A DNA stretch of 64,000 nucleotides, from positions 155,440 to 219,439 of the forward strand of contig JBFMGX010000004.1 of NCBI GenBank assembly GCA_040752595.1. The letters run 5' to 3'. Shown one piece after another: positions 1 to 9,839 of this stretch (position 1 is its first letter; each line of letters begins with the position of its first letter). The notes below the pieces were generated by a model. It had not been told where the DNA came from and made no database searches. It was given only the letters and a program-made list of their open reading frames with translations. The position numbers and the translations under genes are program-made. Source of the stretch: Candidatus Zixiibacteriota bacterium (GTDB lineage: Bacteria > Zixibacteria > MSB-5A5 > WJJR01).

Positions 1-873
1 CGCATTGTGCCGCTCACGCACGCGCTCGCCTCGGGGGATGAGGTCGAGATCATCACCGGCACCCAGCCGCATCCGTCGCGCGATTGGCTGACGTTTGTGC
101 GCACCACGCGGGCGCGCGCCAAGATCCGGCAGTACTTCAACCGGACCGGCTTCGAGCAATCGCTGGAGCTCGGCAAGGACATGTTTGCGCGCGAGCTGAA
201 GCGTCTCCGCCTCCCGCACCCCAGCGAGACGCAGATGACCGACTGGGCCATGTCGATGTCGTACTCCGACGCCGACGCCATGCTGGCGGCCGTGGGGTCG
301 GGAACGGTGTCCGTCAGCACGCTGATCAACCGGCTGCGGCCGAAGGAAGAGGACGTCCCCAAGACCGCCCCGCCGCCGAGTTTCGTGGACCGGGCACGCA
401 AGACGCGCGGCATTCGCATCCAGCATCTCGACAACATGATGTTCCGGTTCGCGAATTGCTGCCAGCCGGTTCCAGGCGAACGCGTGGTCGGCTACATCAC
501 GCGCGGCCGCGGCGTGACCGTCCACCGTGCCGATTGTCCCAATATCCTGGCGCTGGTTGATCAGCCGGAACGGCGACTGGAAGTGCAATGGGATGTCCGC
601 GCCGACCAGTCGTTCCTGGTGCGGCTGGAATTGACGCTGGAAAACCGCAAGAACCTCCTCCGCGACATCACCGATGCCATCTCCGACGCCGAGACCAATA
701 TCCAATCGGTATCGATCACCGGCGACCAATCCACCGGGACCGGCACCTTGGTCATCGAGGTCAGGAACTTACGTCACCTGAGCGACATCATCCGTCGGAT
801 CCGTGCCGTGGACGGCGTCTTGTCGGTCGAACGCTCATCGGGACGAGACACAGGCCGTGAGCGACAGGAGTAA
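1..873 (+). CDS. relA: RelA/SpoT family (p)ppGpp synthetase/hydrolase, C-terminal TGS and ACT region (5-prime truncated by the window edge)
   Basis: Translation of frame 1 from position 1 (IVPLTHALASGDEVEIITG...WLTFVRTTRARAKIRQYF...) matches the conserved TGS/C-terminal region of RelA/SpoT. An ACT-like segment (LELTLENRKNLLRDITDAISDAETNIQSVSI) lies at the end. Stop codon at 871-873. Confidence 0.8.
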   Translation, partial: RIVPLTHALASGDEVEIITGTQPHPSRDWLTFVRTTRARAKIRQYFNRTGFEQSLELGKDMFARELKRLRLPHPSETQMTDWAMSMSYSDADAMLAAVGSGTVSVSTLINRLRPKEEDVPKTAPPPSFVDRARKTRGIRIQHLDNMMFRFANCCQPVPGERVVGYITRGRGVTVHRADCPNILALVDQPERRLEVQWDVRADQSFLVRLELTLENRKNLLRDITDAISDAETNIQSVSITGDQSTGTGTLVIEVRNLRHLSDIIRRIRAVDGVLSVERSSGRDTGRERQE

Positions 874-1075
874 AGTCCGCCGTCGTGACCGGAGCTCAGA
901 CGGGAATTTCGGTCGAAATCAGGGGTATATGACACGGGGGAGGGGCGGCCGGGAGCTCGGGTTGACGCGTTGACTGCCTTGGTGGCAACCACAACAGGTC
1001 TGGGGACGCCAACATGATGACTGGAACGGAAGGGAATCCTCACATCTGGCCGTTCACGGAGGGCGGGGAGGAATG

Positions 1076-1160
1076 ATAACCTCTCCCCCCGGCAGTGTCC
1101 CGAACGCAGTGAGGGAGAGAGGTCGTTCCGTCCAGAGGACGGATCGGGTGAGGGAGTTCT
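1076..1160. repeat. Composite nested-hairpin repeat element (family 5), in the 5-prime leader of the next gene
   Basis: Sequence ataaCCTCTCCCcccggcagtgtcccgaacgcagtGAGGGAGAGAGGtcg + tccgtccagaggacgga + tcgggtgagggag. Near-identical copies at 36542, 41736, 43821, 48924, 54211, 55384, 57745 and 15404. The inverted repeat CCTCTCCC/GGGAGAGG forms a stem. Confidence 0.6.
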
Positions 1161-1198
1161 TCCGTCCGCTCCTTCTGCCAGTCGTTCTCAGGACCACA

Positions 1199-4024
1199 AT
1201 GCCCCAACGCTCCCTGACCCGATCTCTCCACGCCGTTGTCTTGGCCCTCGCCGTGTCGCTGGCGTGCCCCATGGCAGCCACCGGCCAATTCTACTTCGGC
1301 AAGAACAAAGTCCAATACACCGACTTCGACTGGCTCGTTCTCCCGACGCGGCACTTCGACATCTACTTCTACGACACCGAACGCGCTCTGGCCGGTGCGG
1401 CGGCCGAAGCCGCGGAGTTCTCATATCGAGCGCTGGCCGACCGTTTCAACCACGACGTCGAGCACCGGATTCCGTTGGTCGTGTACTCTTCGCCGCGCTT
1501 CTTCTCACAGACCAATGTCACGCCGTCGTTGTTGCCCGAGAACGTGGCCGGATTCACCGAGTTCTTCAAAGGCCGGGTCGTGCTGCCGTTCAACGGGTCG
1601 TACGCCGATTTCCGTCGCGTGCTTCAGCACGAGTTGGTCCATGTGTTTACGATCTCAAAGCTGACCACGACGGCCCACGCGCACAAGAAGGTCGGTGTCG
1701 CCGAGCCGCCCTTGTGGTTTACCGAGGGAATCGCCGAGTACTTCTCCCGCCCGTGGGAGCCGGACGCCGACATGATCCTGAGCGACCTGGTGCTGTCCGG
1801 ACGGTTCTACAACATCGATCGTTTGCCGGCCATTGCCGGCACCTACCTGATGTACAAAGAGGGAGAGTCGTTCTGCCATTTTGTGGCCGAAGCATACGGC
1901 GAAGAGTACCTCGTGTATCTCCTCGACAACGCCTGGCGCGGCGGTGACTTCGAGTCGGTCGCCGCGATCACATTCAGCCGCCCTCTGCGGGAGATCGGCC
2001 GCGAGTGGGAATATTGGCTGAAGAAGCGGTATTTCCCGACGATCCAGTCGCGTGAGCTTCCCGATCGCGTCTACAAGCAACGAACCAAGGCGGGGTACAA
2101 CGTCAAGCCCGTCGCGATCTGGCGCGAAGACGACGGGCAGCAACAAGAGTGGATCGTCTTCAAGGGGAATCGCCTTGGGTACGCCGGCCTGTACATGACC
2201 CCGGGAGGTGGCGCCGATGGCGATCCCGACCGCAACATCGAAACGCTGCTGAAAGGGGAGCGTTCGCCCCGTTTCGAGTCGCTCCATCTCTTGGGGTCCT
2301 CGCTGGACGTTTCGGGCGATGGGCGCGTGGTGTTCTCTTCCACCCGCCACGAGCGCGACGCACTCTATCTGTTGGATCTGAGCACGCGACGCATCATCGG
2401 CGAGCACCGCTGGGACTCACTCTACAATGCGGTGTCTCCGTCCTTCTCTCCGGATGGGGGTCGCGTCGTCTTCGCCGGCGGTGGGCAGGACGGGTGGTTC
2501 GATCTGTTCGTGTATGACCTGGACCGCCGGGAACTTCGTCGTCTGATGCGCGACTGGTACTTCGACACCGATCCGATCTTCAGCGCCGACGGACAGCGGA
2601 TCATCTTCGCCTCGGATCGCGGCCCCCATGGCGATCAAGGGTGGCTGAACCTGTTCTCCTACGATCTTCAGAGCGGAGAGATCGCGCCGGTCTACACCGG
2701 TGCGTTCAATGCCCGGTCGCCGTCGCTGTCTCCGGACGGGCGATCGCTGCTGTTCACCTGCGACCGCGAAGGTCACTCCGACATCTACCGTCGGGATTCC
2801 TCGGGCCGCGTGGATCAGTTGACACACCTGGTCACCGGGGCGTTCGATCCACGCTTTTGTCCCGATGGGCGCCGGATCGTCTTCACCGCCTACCAGAACA
2901 GCTCCTTCCAGATCTTCGAGATGACCGTCCCCGACTCGACCACCCCGGAGGTGTTCGCCGCGGCGGATGGCTCGTGGGCGCCGACCTGGCGCCCCGCCCC
3001 GCAGAGCCCGGACTCAGGATTGACCAAAGGCGCCTTCAAGTACCGCCGCCAGTTCTCGTTCGACATCGCCCAATCGGCCGTGTCGTACGATGCCTTCTAC
3101 GGTACCGTCGGTGGTCTCCAAACCGCTCTCACCGACGTGCTCGGCAATCATCAGTACTTTTTCCTTCTGGCCAACAACGCCGAAACACGGGACGAGTTCT
3201 TGCAGAGCTTCAACGCCGGGGTCTCGTACTTCAACCGGGAGGGACGTCTCAACTACGGATATGGTGCCTATCACCTGTACGATGACTACACCGATCCCGC
3301 CGAGGGGCCGCTGCAGGAGAGGCAATACGGGGCCGTTGGGTACATTGGCTATCCGCTCTCCAAGTTCCGGCGCATTGAGGCGTCGTTGTTTCTGCGGCAT
3401 TCGGATCGCGACGTCGTCTTGGGTGAGCGGCGTCGGGCCGTCCTGGCGACACAGTTCATCTCCGTTGTCCATGACAATTCCCTCTGGGATGTTTCCGGGC
3501 CGATCGACGGTTGGCGGCTGATGCTGGCGTTCGGCTACACCGCCGATCTGACCAATTTCCGTTCCTTCAACCGCCTGTTGATCGCCGACGCCCGCAAGTA
3601 CGTTCGTCTCGGCGAGTATTCGGCGTTCGCCACGCGCCTCTTGGGGCACTTTTCCTCCGGGCTGGAGCCGCAACGGCGCTATCTGGGCGGAAGCTGGGAC
3701 TTGCGCGGCTATCCGCGCCGTGTGCGCTATGCGCGCAATGTGTTCCTCATCTCGAATGAGCTGCGCTTTCCCTTGATCGACGCCCTCTTGGTCGGGTTGC
3801 CGATGGGAAGTCTGGGGTTCCAGGGGATTCGCGGCGCCCTGTTCTTCGATGCCGGCAAGGCGTGGGAGGATCGGATGGGCCGTCTCGACGGGGCCCTGGG
3901 TGTTGGCGCGCGCGTGGCGTTGGGTTACATTATCGTCCTGCGCTTCGACTGGGCGCGGAGGACCGATTTTCGCAAGATCGACACCAAGACCCGGTTCGAG
4001 TTCTTCTTCGGATGGAACTTCTGA
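1199..4024 (+). CDS. Outer-membrane protein: N-terminal HExxH (HELVH) domain + PD40/TolB-like beta-propeller repeats + C-terminal Omp85 (bacterial surface antigen) beta-barrel
   Basis: ATG at 1199 is followed by a signal peptide (LHAVVLALAVSLACPMAATGQ). HELVHVF motif present. PD40-type repeats: SPSFSPDGGRVVF, DPIFSADGQRIIFASDR, SPSLSPDGRSLLFTCDREGHSDIY, FCPDGRRIVFTAY. C-terminus ALFFDAGKAW...LRFDWARRTDF...TRFEFFFGWNF is typical of the Omp85/BamA barrel end. The ORF-track start at 1073 reads through the upstream repeat. Confidence 0.75.
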   Translation: MPQRSLTRSLHAVVLALAVSLACPMAATGQFYFGKNKVQYTDFDWLVLPTRHFDIYFYDTERALAGAAAEAAEFSYRALADRFNHDVEHRIPLVVYSSPRFFSQTNVTPSLLPENVAGFTEFFKGRVVLPFNGSYADFRRVLQHELVHVFTISKLTTTAHAHKKVGVAEPPLWFTEGIAEYFSRPWEPDADMILSDLVLSGRFYNIDRLPAIAGTYLMYKEGESFCHFVAEAYGEEYLVYLLDNAWRGGDFESVAAITFSRPLREIGREWEYWLKKRYFPTIQSRELPDRVYKQRTKAGYNVKPVAIWREDDGQQQEWIVFKGNRLGYAGLYMTPGGGADGDPDRNIETLLKGERSPRFESLHLLGSSLDVSGDGRVVFSSTRHERDALYLLDLSTRRIIGEHRWDSLYNAVSPSFSPDGGRVVFAGGGQDGWFDLFVYDLDRRELRRLMRDWYFDTDPIFSADGQRIIFASDRGPHGDQGWLNLFSYDLQSGEIAPVYTGAFNARSPSLSPDGRSLLFTCDREGHSDIYRRDSSGRVDQLTHLVTGAFDPRFCPDGRRIVFTAYQNSSFQIFEMTVPDSTTPEVFAAADGSWAPTWRPAPQSPDSGLTKGAFKYRRQFSFDIAQSAVSYDAFYGTVGGLQTALTDVLGNHQYFFLLANNAETRDEFLQSFNAGVSYFNREGRLNYGYGAYHLYDDYTDPAEGPLQERQYGAVGYIGYPLSKFRRIEASLFLRHSDRDVVLGERRRAVLATQFISVVHDNSLWDVSGPIDGWRLMLAFGYTADLTNFRSFNRLLIADARKYVRLGEYSAFATRLLGHFSSGLEPQRRYLGGSWDLRGYPRRVRYARNVFLISNELRFPLIDALLVGLPMGSLGFQGIRGALFFDAGKAWEDRMGRLDGALGVGARVALGYIIVLRFDWARRTDFRKIDTKTRFEFFFGWNF

Positions 4025-4040
4025 TCTCGCATTCCCACAC

Positions 4041-5231
4041 ATGCTCATTGGTGCCCGCCGCAGGATGAGATACTCGTGCGGCCTTCTGCGGTCGGTCCCC
4101 TGCGGGCGCTCGCTGTTGGCCTTCGTGCTCCTTCTGTCAGCCGTGGGCTGTAGTGGTCCCCGCCTGCATCTGCCGATTCGGCCGTCACTGGGTGCGTGGC
4201 CGACCGAACGGGGCTCGGCCGACAACCGCGGCTCCGTCTCCGGCTCAATCGGCGAGATGAGACTCCTCTGGCGCACCCGCACCGGAGGCCTGGCTGCCGG
4301 TGAACCGACGGTATCCGGTGGCGTTCTCTACTTCCCGGGGCTCGACCGGCGTTTGGAAATCGTCTCCATCGCCGACGGACGGCGTCTCTGGCGCACACGG
4401 TTCAGAGGACCGGTCACCGCCGCTGTTGCGAGAGCGGACGGATTCGATGTTCTGACCGATCAGGATGAACTGCGCTACCTGATCTTTCACCGCGATCCCT
4501 TGCGATTGGCCGCCTCGTTTCCGGTCATCGCCTGCCGTGCCGCCCCGCGGCTGATCAACGACTCGCTGATCTTGCTGGCGGCGTACAATGGCTCCATTGC
4601 GTGCCGCACCCGTGGGGGTGATCTTGTCTGGGAAACGCACACGCTTGGGCCGATCCTGACCGCTCCGGCTCTCGTCGACTCCGTGGCCTATGTTGCGTCC
4701 GGTCGTCAGGTCATCGCTCTATCGACGACCGACGGGACTATCCTCTGGACGCACCGATCGTCGGGGGCGATTGGTGCGGCCCCGGCCGTGGGCAACCTCG
4801 TGTATGTCGGCTCCGCTGATTCGCTGGTCTATGCGCTCGACCGTCGCAACGGCGCCATGGCGTGGTTCTTTGCGGCCGGTGCCGGGGTGTTCACGACGCC
4901 GGCGGTGGGCGGCGATCGCCTCTTCTTCGGGGCCAATGACGGGTACATTTACGCACTCAACGAATCGACCGGACGACTCCTGTGGCGCTACAACACCGGC
5001 GCCATCGCGAATCTCCCCTGCACGCTGGTCGGCAACTCAGTCCTGGTGAGCTCGCGAAACAATCGTCTCTTGGTGCTCGATGCCGCCGATGGGCGTCTCA
5101 TCGGCGAACACAAGCTCTTGGCGCCGGCCACCACCCCTCCGATCGTCGCCGCGGGGCGCGTCTTTGTGGCCGACACCAAACGCAACCTCTACTGCTTTGG
5201 CTCCGTCCGCGACAGCCTCAAGAACCCCTGA
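4041..5231 (+). CDS. PQQ-like beta-propeller repeat lipoprotein (BamB/YfgL-like)
   Basis: In-frame ATG at 4041. Lipoprotein signal LLAFVLLLSAVGCSGP. Repeated PQQ-type motifs: LVYVGSADSLVYALDRRNGAMAWFF, DRLFFGANDGYIYALNESTGRLLWRY, GNSVLVSSRNNRLLVLDAADGRLI. Sits immediately downstream of the Omp85-domain gene. Confidence 0.7.
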   Translation: MLIGARRRMRYSCGLLRSVPCGRSLLAFVLLLSAVGCSGPRLHLPIRPSLGAWPTERGSADNRGSVSGSIGEMRLLWRTRTGGLAAGEPTVSGGVLYFPGLDRRLEIVSIADGRRLWRTRFRGPVTAAVARADGFDVLTDQDELRYLIFHRDPLRLAASFPVIACRAAPRLINDSLILLAAYNGSIACRTRGGDLVWETHTLGPILTAPALVDSVAYVASGRQVIALSTTDGTILWTHRSSGAIGAAPAVGNLVYVGSADSLVYALDRRNGAMAWFFAAGAGVFTTPAVGGDRLFFGANDGYIYALNESTGRLLWRYNTGAIANLPCTLVGNSVLVSSRNNRLLVLDAADGRLIGEHKLLAPATTPPIVAAGRVFVADTKRNLYCFGSVRDSLKNP

Positions 5232-5253
5232 CCGTCGCGCTCGGAAAGGATGA

Positions 5254-5280
5254 GTGCCACGGGTCTTCAGACCCGTGCCC
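5254..5280. repeat. REP-like palindrome family 2 (GTGCCACGGGTCTTCAGACCCGTGCCC)
   Basis: Perfect hairpin CACGGGTCT/AGACCCGTG, 23 nt after the stop codon at 5229-5231. Further copies at 9360-9386, 23229-23254 and 23275-23301. Confidence 0.6.
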
Positions 5281-5518
5281 CTCGCCGTGTGCCATTGTGG
5301 CACAATGAGGCATGCCGTTAGTGCCAAAACGGCATGAACAAGCGCCATAATGGCCGCGCTTGGGAACGTTGAAATAGGGCCTGCATGCATTAACGCTGTG
5401 TAATGCAATGACTTAGTTCAAGTTCAGCAGAAACGGCACGGCTCATGCTTCTATGACTGCGTCGGATGCTGATGAGTGATCAGCCAACTGGGGAGAGATA
5501 GAGAAAAGGAGGAGAGTC

Positions 5519-5968
5519 ATGACACTCGTAAAGTGCAGTCCCAATCGCAACATCGTCCCGTTCTCGGCGGCGATCAGCAGGGTCTTCGATGACTTCATGC
5601 CGGGGTTCTTGGGGAACTGGGCCGACGGGGAGACAGTCAGTGTCCGCCCGTTCGTCGATGTCCATGAGGGCGACAATGAAGTCGTGCTGAAGGCCGACAT
5701 GCCCGGCATGGACAAGAAGGACATCAAGGTGGTCGTCAACGACGGTCTGTTGACCATCACGGGCGAGCGCACCGAGTCCCGCGAGGAGAATCGCAAGGGG
5801 TTCACCCGTTCGGAACGATACATGGGCCGGTTCTCGCGCTCGTTCAACCTGCCGGCGTGGGCCGACGGGAGCAAGGTCGCGGCCGACTACAAGAACGGCG
5901 TTCTGACAGTCACGATTCCCAAGTCCGAGGCGGCGCGTCCGAAGGAGATCGAAGTGCATGTCGGATAG
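5519..5968 (+). CDS. Hsp20/alpha-crystallin family small heat-shock protein
   Basis: RBS aaaggaggag lies 5 nt upstream of the ATG. Alpha-crystallin domain motifs present: VDVHEGDNEVVLKADMPGMDKKDIKVVVNDGLLTITGER...FSRSFNLPAWADGSKVAADYKNGVLTVTIPK. Confidence 0.9.
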   Translation: MTLVKCSPNRNIVPFSAAISRVFDDFMPGFLGNWADGETVSVRPFVDVHEGDNEVVLKADMPGMDKKDIKVVVNDGLLTITGERTESREENRKGFTRSERYMGRFSRSFNLPAWADGSKVAADYKNGVLTVTIPKSEAARPKEIEVHVG

Positions 5969-6003
5969 TGCCGTCGACGGAATATCGACGGAATATCGTC
6001 GCG

Positions 6004-6031
6004 CGGCCTCGCGGCGCTTGCCGCGAGGCCG
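6004..6031 (+). terminator. Putative intrinsic terminator hairpin after hsp20
   Basis: Perfect 12-bp stem CGGCCTCGCGGC-gctt-GCCGCGAGGCCG, 36 nt after the hsp20 stop. Only a short TT follows, which is common in GC-rich genomes. Preceded by the tandem direct repeat cgacggaatat x2. Confidence 0.4.
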
Positions 6032-6157
6032 TTGGCATGACAGGGGAACGGCATTGGGCCGGAATCAGAGGTGAAAAGGCATTGAAATCGAACGTTCATG
6101 GATGCAAATTCATCGATCTTCAACGTATACGCCAAGGAGATCTCTGTTTTCGCAACC

Positions 6158-6463
6158 ATGCCAACCTACGACTACAAGTGCCGGGATTGCGATCATCGCT
6201 TCGAGGCGTTCCAGTCCATGACCGAGGCGCCGGTGTCGGTCTGCCCGCACTGCGGCGGGAACGCAGTCGAGAGACTGATCTCAGCGGGGGGCGGACTGAT
6301 CTTCAAAGGGTCGGGGTTTTACATCACCGACTACCGCAAGGACAGCTACAAGAAGCAGGCCAGCCAGGAAGCGCCCGCGAAGGCCAAGTCCGACACCGCC
6401 AGGTCGGAAGCGGCGGCGCCGAAAGCCGGTTCATCCGCCCAGCCGAAGACGTCTGCCGATTGA
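6158..6463 (+). CDS. FmdB family zinc-ribbon putative regulatory protein
   Basis: Begins MPTYDYKCRDCDHRFEAFQSM...CPHCG, the CxxC...CxxC zinc ribbon typical of the FmdB family (established family signature). The ORF-track start at 6098 is a likely over-extension. Confidence 0.75.
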   Translation: MPTYDYKCRDCDHRFEAFQSMTEAPVSVCPHCGGNAVERLISAGGGLIFKGSGFYITDYRKDSYKKQASQEAPAKAKSDTARSEAAAPKAGSSAQPKTSAD

Positions 6464-6478
6464 TTCCCGGGGTGCCAT

Positions 6479-6514
6479 GCACAAGACCAGAGGCCATGGC
6501 CTCTGGTCTTGTGC
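6479..6514 (+). terminator. Strong hairpin (16-bp perfect stem) between fmdB and clpB; terminator or regulatory structure
   Basis: GCACAAGACCAGAGGCC-atgg-CCTCTGGTCTTGTGC is a perfect inverted repeat, 16 nt after the fmdB stop. No U-tract follows. Confidence 0.35.
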
Positions 6515-6641
6515 GTGCCACTTCCGCTCGTAGCCGCGCAGTCGTAGGTCAGGTGCCTTGTGCACCTGACACGGGCCGCAGGAGCGCAGGGCTCCCGCGC
6601 TACGAGTAGAAGCAGAAGCCGCTGAAAGCGAGTGTTCCGTC

Positions 6642-9266
6642 ATGATGTCATTGGATAAATGGACCGACAACGCGAAGTCGATTCTGCAATCCACACTGGA
6701 GAGCGCTCAAACTGCCGGGCATCCGGAACTGACACCGGCGCATCTTCTGGGCGCGCTGGTGCGCGAAGGCGGTGCGGCCCGCGCTCTCATCGAGCAGTCA
6801 GGAGCCGATCCCGATCGATTGGCCGGGGAATTGTCGCTGGCCTTGAATCGTCTCCCAACCGTTCATGGCGGATCGCAGCCGACGACCGGCGCCGCATTGG
6901 CGGCGGTCTTCTCGGCGGCGCAGAACCGTGCCGAACGCGCCGGGCATGCCTTCGTCAATGCCGCACACTTGCTCTGGGCCGTAGTTGAGAAGCCCGATGA
7001 ACCGGTGCGCGCCGCGCTGGCCAAGGCCGGTGTCGATTCCCGGGCCCTCCGCGAGTCGGTCGAGCAGATGCTCAACCGGAAAGGCGCGGGAGACGACGGT
7101 GCCGAGAGCCGCATGATGGCACTGGAGCGCTTCGGCCGTGATCTCACGCAGGCAGCGCAACAAGGCGAGCTCGACCCGGTGATCGGCCGCGATGAAGAAA
7201 TCCGCCGGGTGATGAAAGTTCTCTCCCGCCGCACCAAGAACAACCCCGTCCTGATCGGCGAACCCGGTGTCGGCAAGACCGCGGTCGCGGAGGGACTGGC
7301 GCTGAAGATCGCGCAGGGGGATGTCCCCGAAACGCTGAAGAACCGGCGGGTGGTGGCGCTCGATTTGGGTGCCTTGGTGGCCGGTGCCAAGTTCCGCGGC
7401 GAATTCGAGGAGCGTCTGAAAGGCGTGCTGGCCGAGGTGGAGGAGGCCGCCGGACGCATCATCATGTTCATCGACGAGCTCCACACCGTCGTCGGCGCCG
7501 GTGCCGCCGAAGGAAGTGTCGATGCCTCGAATCTGCTCAAGCCCGCGCTGGCCCGCGGCAAGTTACGCTGCATCGGCGCCACGACACTGGTCGAATACCG
7601 CAAGCACATTGAGAAGGACACCGCTCTGGAGCGGCGTTTCCAGCCGATCCTGATCCACGAACCGACCGTGCCGGAGACGATCTCCATTCTGCGCGGGCTG
7701 AAGGAGCGCTACGAGTTGCACCATGGCGTGCGCATACAGGATGCCGCGCTGGTGGCGGCGGCCACGCTGTCGGAGCGCTACATCGCCGACCGGCAATTGC
7801 CCGACAAAGCGATTGACCTGATCGATGAAGCGGCGGCCGATCTGCGCATGCAGATCGACTCCCGCCCCAATGAGTTGGATCGCCTCGACCGTCAGATCAC
7901 ACAGTGCGAAATCGAACGCGAGGCGGTCCGTCGCGAGCCCGATGCCGCCGAGCGGTTACGGCCGATGGAAGAGTTACTGGAGCGGCTGACCGCGGAACGG
8001 ACCATACTCGAACAGCAATGGACCAAAGAGAAGGACTCCGTCGGCCGAATCCGCGACGCCAAGGAGAAGATCGAACAACTGAGGGCCGAGATGGATCAGG
8101 TCACACGTCGCGGCGACTACGAGGCCGCGGCGCGTCTCCGTTACCAGGACATTCCCGATCTGGAGCGCCTGATCAAAATCGAGAACGTGAAATTGACGGA
8201 GACGCAGAAGTCACGCCGTCTCCTGAAGGAAGAGGTCGATCCCGACGACATCGCCGGGATCGTGGCCCGATGGACCGGCATTCCCGTCGAGCGCCTCACC
8301 GCCAGCGAAGTCAGCCGGCTTGTGGATCTGGAGAAGGAACTCTCCACCCGCGTGATCGGCCAGGAAGAAGCGGTCGCCGCCGTCGCCGGCGTCGTGCGTT
8401 CCTCGCGTGCCGGGCTGACCGAGCCACACCGACCGCGCGGCTCCTTCATCTTCCTCGGTCCCACCGGCGTCGGCAAGACCGAGCTGGCCAAGACGCTGGC
8501 CGCCGCGTTGTTCGGTTCTGTCGAGGCGATGGTGCGCATCGACATGTCGGAGTACTCGGAAAAACACTCGGTGTCACGCCTTGTCGGCGCACCCCCGGGA
8601 TATGTCGGTTATGACGAGGGCGGGCAGCTCACTGAGGCGGTCCGGCGGCGCCCTTACTCAGTCGTTCTCTTCGATGAACTTGAGAAGGCGCACCCGGAGG
8701 TGTTCAATATTCTCCTGCAGGTTCTGGATGATGGTCGACTGACCGACAACAAGGGGCGCACGGTCTCCTTCGAGAACACGATTCTGATTATGACCTCCAA
8801 TCTCGGTGCCGAGGTGATTGCTGAAGCGGCCGCCGATGCGGTCACCGAGAGCGCGCGTCGTCGCGCGATTCGCGAAGGCGCTCTGGCGGCGCTGCGACGT
8901 GCCGTCCGTCCCGAGTTCCTCAACCGTATCGACGAGATCGTCGTCTTCAACCCGCTGGGACCCGAAGACATCGCCCAGATTGCCGAATTGCAGTTTGACG
9001 CCCTCCGTCAGCGCCTGACCGAGCAGGGGATCACGGCACGCCTCACCGACAAAGCCAAAGCGGCGCTCGTTTCGGAAGGGTATGATCCTGTCTATGGCGC
9101 CCGGCCGCTGCGGCGACTCGTTCAACGAGAAGTCGCCCACCGCCTCGCTAACGCCCTCCTGAAGGGTGCGATCAGGGAAGGCGATTCGGTCGCCGTCGAC
9201 CACGACGGTGTCGATTTCGTGATTCGCCCCGACACCCCGGTTGCGCAGGCAACTCCCGCAATGTAG
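6642..9266 (+). CDS. clpB: ATP-dependent chaperone ClpB (class I AAA+ disaggregase)
   Basis: Clp N-domain, two AAA modules (GEPGVGKT and LGPTGVGKT Walker A motifs), the long coiled-coil middle domain between them, and a C-terminal D2 small domain. Confidence 0.95.
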   Translation: MMSLDKWTDNAKSILQSTLESAQTAGHPELTPAHLLGALVREGGAARALIEQSGADPDRLAGELSLALNRLPTVHGGSQPTTGAALAAVFSAAQNRAERAGHAFVNAAHLLWAVVEKPDEPVRAALAKAGVDSRALRESVEQMLNRKGAGDDGAESRMMALERFGRDLTQAAQQGELDPVIGRDEEIRRVMKVLSRRTKNNPVLIGEPGVGKTAVAEGLALKIAQGDVPETLKNRRVVALDLGALVAGAKFRGEFEERLKGVLAEVEEAAGRIIMFIDELHTVVGAGAAEGSVDASNLLKPALARGKLRCIGATTLVEYRKHIEKDTALERRFQPILIHEPTVPETISILRGLKERYELHHGVRIQDAALVAAATLSERYIADRQLPDKAIDLIDEAAADLRMQIDSRPNELDRLDRQITQCEIEREAVRREPDAAERLRPMEELLERLTAERTILEQQWTKEKDSVGRIRDAKEKIEQLRAEMDQVTRRGDYEAAARLRYQDIPDLERLIKIENVKLTETQKSRRLLKEEVDPDDIAGIVARWTGIPVERLTASEVSRLVDLEKELSTRVIGQEEAVAAVAGVVRSSRAGLTEPHRPRGSFIFLGPTGVGKTELAKTLAAALFGSVEAMVRIDMSEYSEKHSVSRLVGAPPGYVGYDEGGQLTEAVRRRPYSVVLFDELEKAHPEVFNILLQVLDDGRLTDNKGRTVSFENTILIMTSNLGAEVIAEAAADAVTESARRRAIREGALAALRRAVRPEFLNRIDEIVVFNPLGPEDIAQIAELQFDALRQRLTEQGITARLTDKAKAALVSEGYDPVYGARPLRRLVQREVAHRLANALLKGAIREGDSVAVDHDGVDFVIRPDTPVAQATPAM

Positions 9267-9386
9267 GTGGGCTCCGCCCACCTCCGAGCATCACCATGCC
9301 CGACAAGGGACTTCAGCCCCTTGTCCCCCGAGTCAAGTTGTTTCCACCCTCACATGTTTGTGCCACGGGTCTTTAGACCCGTGCCC
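9263..9386. repeat. Cluster of three REP-like palindromes (families 3, 4 and 2) directly after the clpB stop
   Basis: GTAGGTGGGCTCCGCCCACC (9263-9282), ACAAGGGACTTCAGCCCCTTGTCC (9303-9326), GTGCCACGGGTCTTTAGACCCGTGCCC (9360-9386). The same motifs recur at 20788-21012, 28999-29044, 56601-56632 and elsewhere. Confidence 0.6.
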
Positions 9387-9839
9387 TGCGAGCATGTTGA
9401 GAAGACCGACCCAAGCCGGGCGGTTGCTTCATCGGTCTTCCGCCTCCGGCGGACGACCTCCTCGCAACGACGGAGTAGGTCCTTGACGAGTCTTTGTGTC
9501 GTTGCGAGGAGTGAGGCCCGCTCTGTGAGCGGGCCGAGCGACGAAGCAACCGCCTGGCGCGGAAGCTCTCTCTCCGACGAGGTCTTTCAACAAGCCCGTA
9601 CGAATCCACGTCCATGGAACGGGCCTGAAGAGCCGTAGATTAGCACGGTTCCCGCCCCGCAAATCCGACTAAATTCCCGCACTCTGAGGCCGATACATCC
9701 CAAAGAGCCCCTGCACTTGGGGTTGTGTTCGTACATGCGGTCCAAGTCCGCGCTGGCATGACAATGACTCCGGGCGGGAGAGGGTCACGCCGGCGGCTGT
9801 ATGGGTCAAGCGGTCAGGGTTCATAAAAGGAGCGTCAAG

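Noticed and set aside
84-560. 158-aa alternative-frame ORF inside relA
   Set aside because: It overlaps a conserved RelA/SpoT frame. Its Arg/Ala-rich composition marks it as an out-of-frame artefact.
1073-1198. N-terminal extensions of many track ORFs (1073, 36476, 41694, 43761, 48813, 56554, 57698, 60820, 12263..15742) that translate to ITSPSGTVPNSVRERGR or HPERSEGS-like peptides
   Set aside because: These stretches are the family-5 and family-6 repeat elements, identical at nucleotide level across unrelated genes. The true starts with signal peptides lie just downstream. The repeated peptide is a translation artefact.
3014-4282. 422-aa minus-strand ORF overlapping the end of the Omp85-fusion gene and the BamB-like gene
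   Set aside because: Antisense GC-rich artefact. Both sense genes have strong domain evidence.
5262-5300. Possible sigma54 promoter (TGGCAC ... GGCATGC) upstream of hsp20
   Set aside because: The -24 element is good but the -12 element (TTGCW) is poorly matched. The TGGCAC is also part of a local palindrome, so the resemblance is probably incidental.
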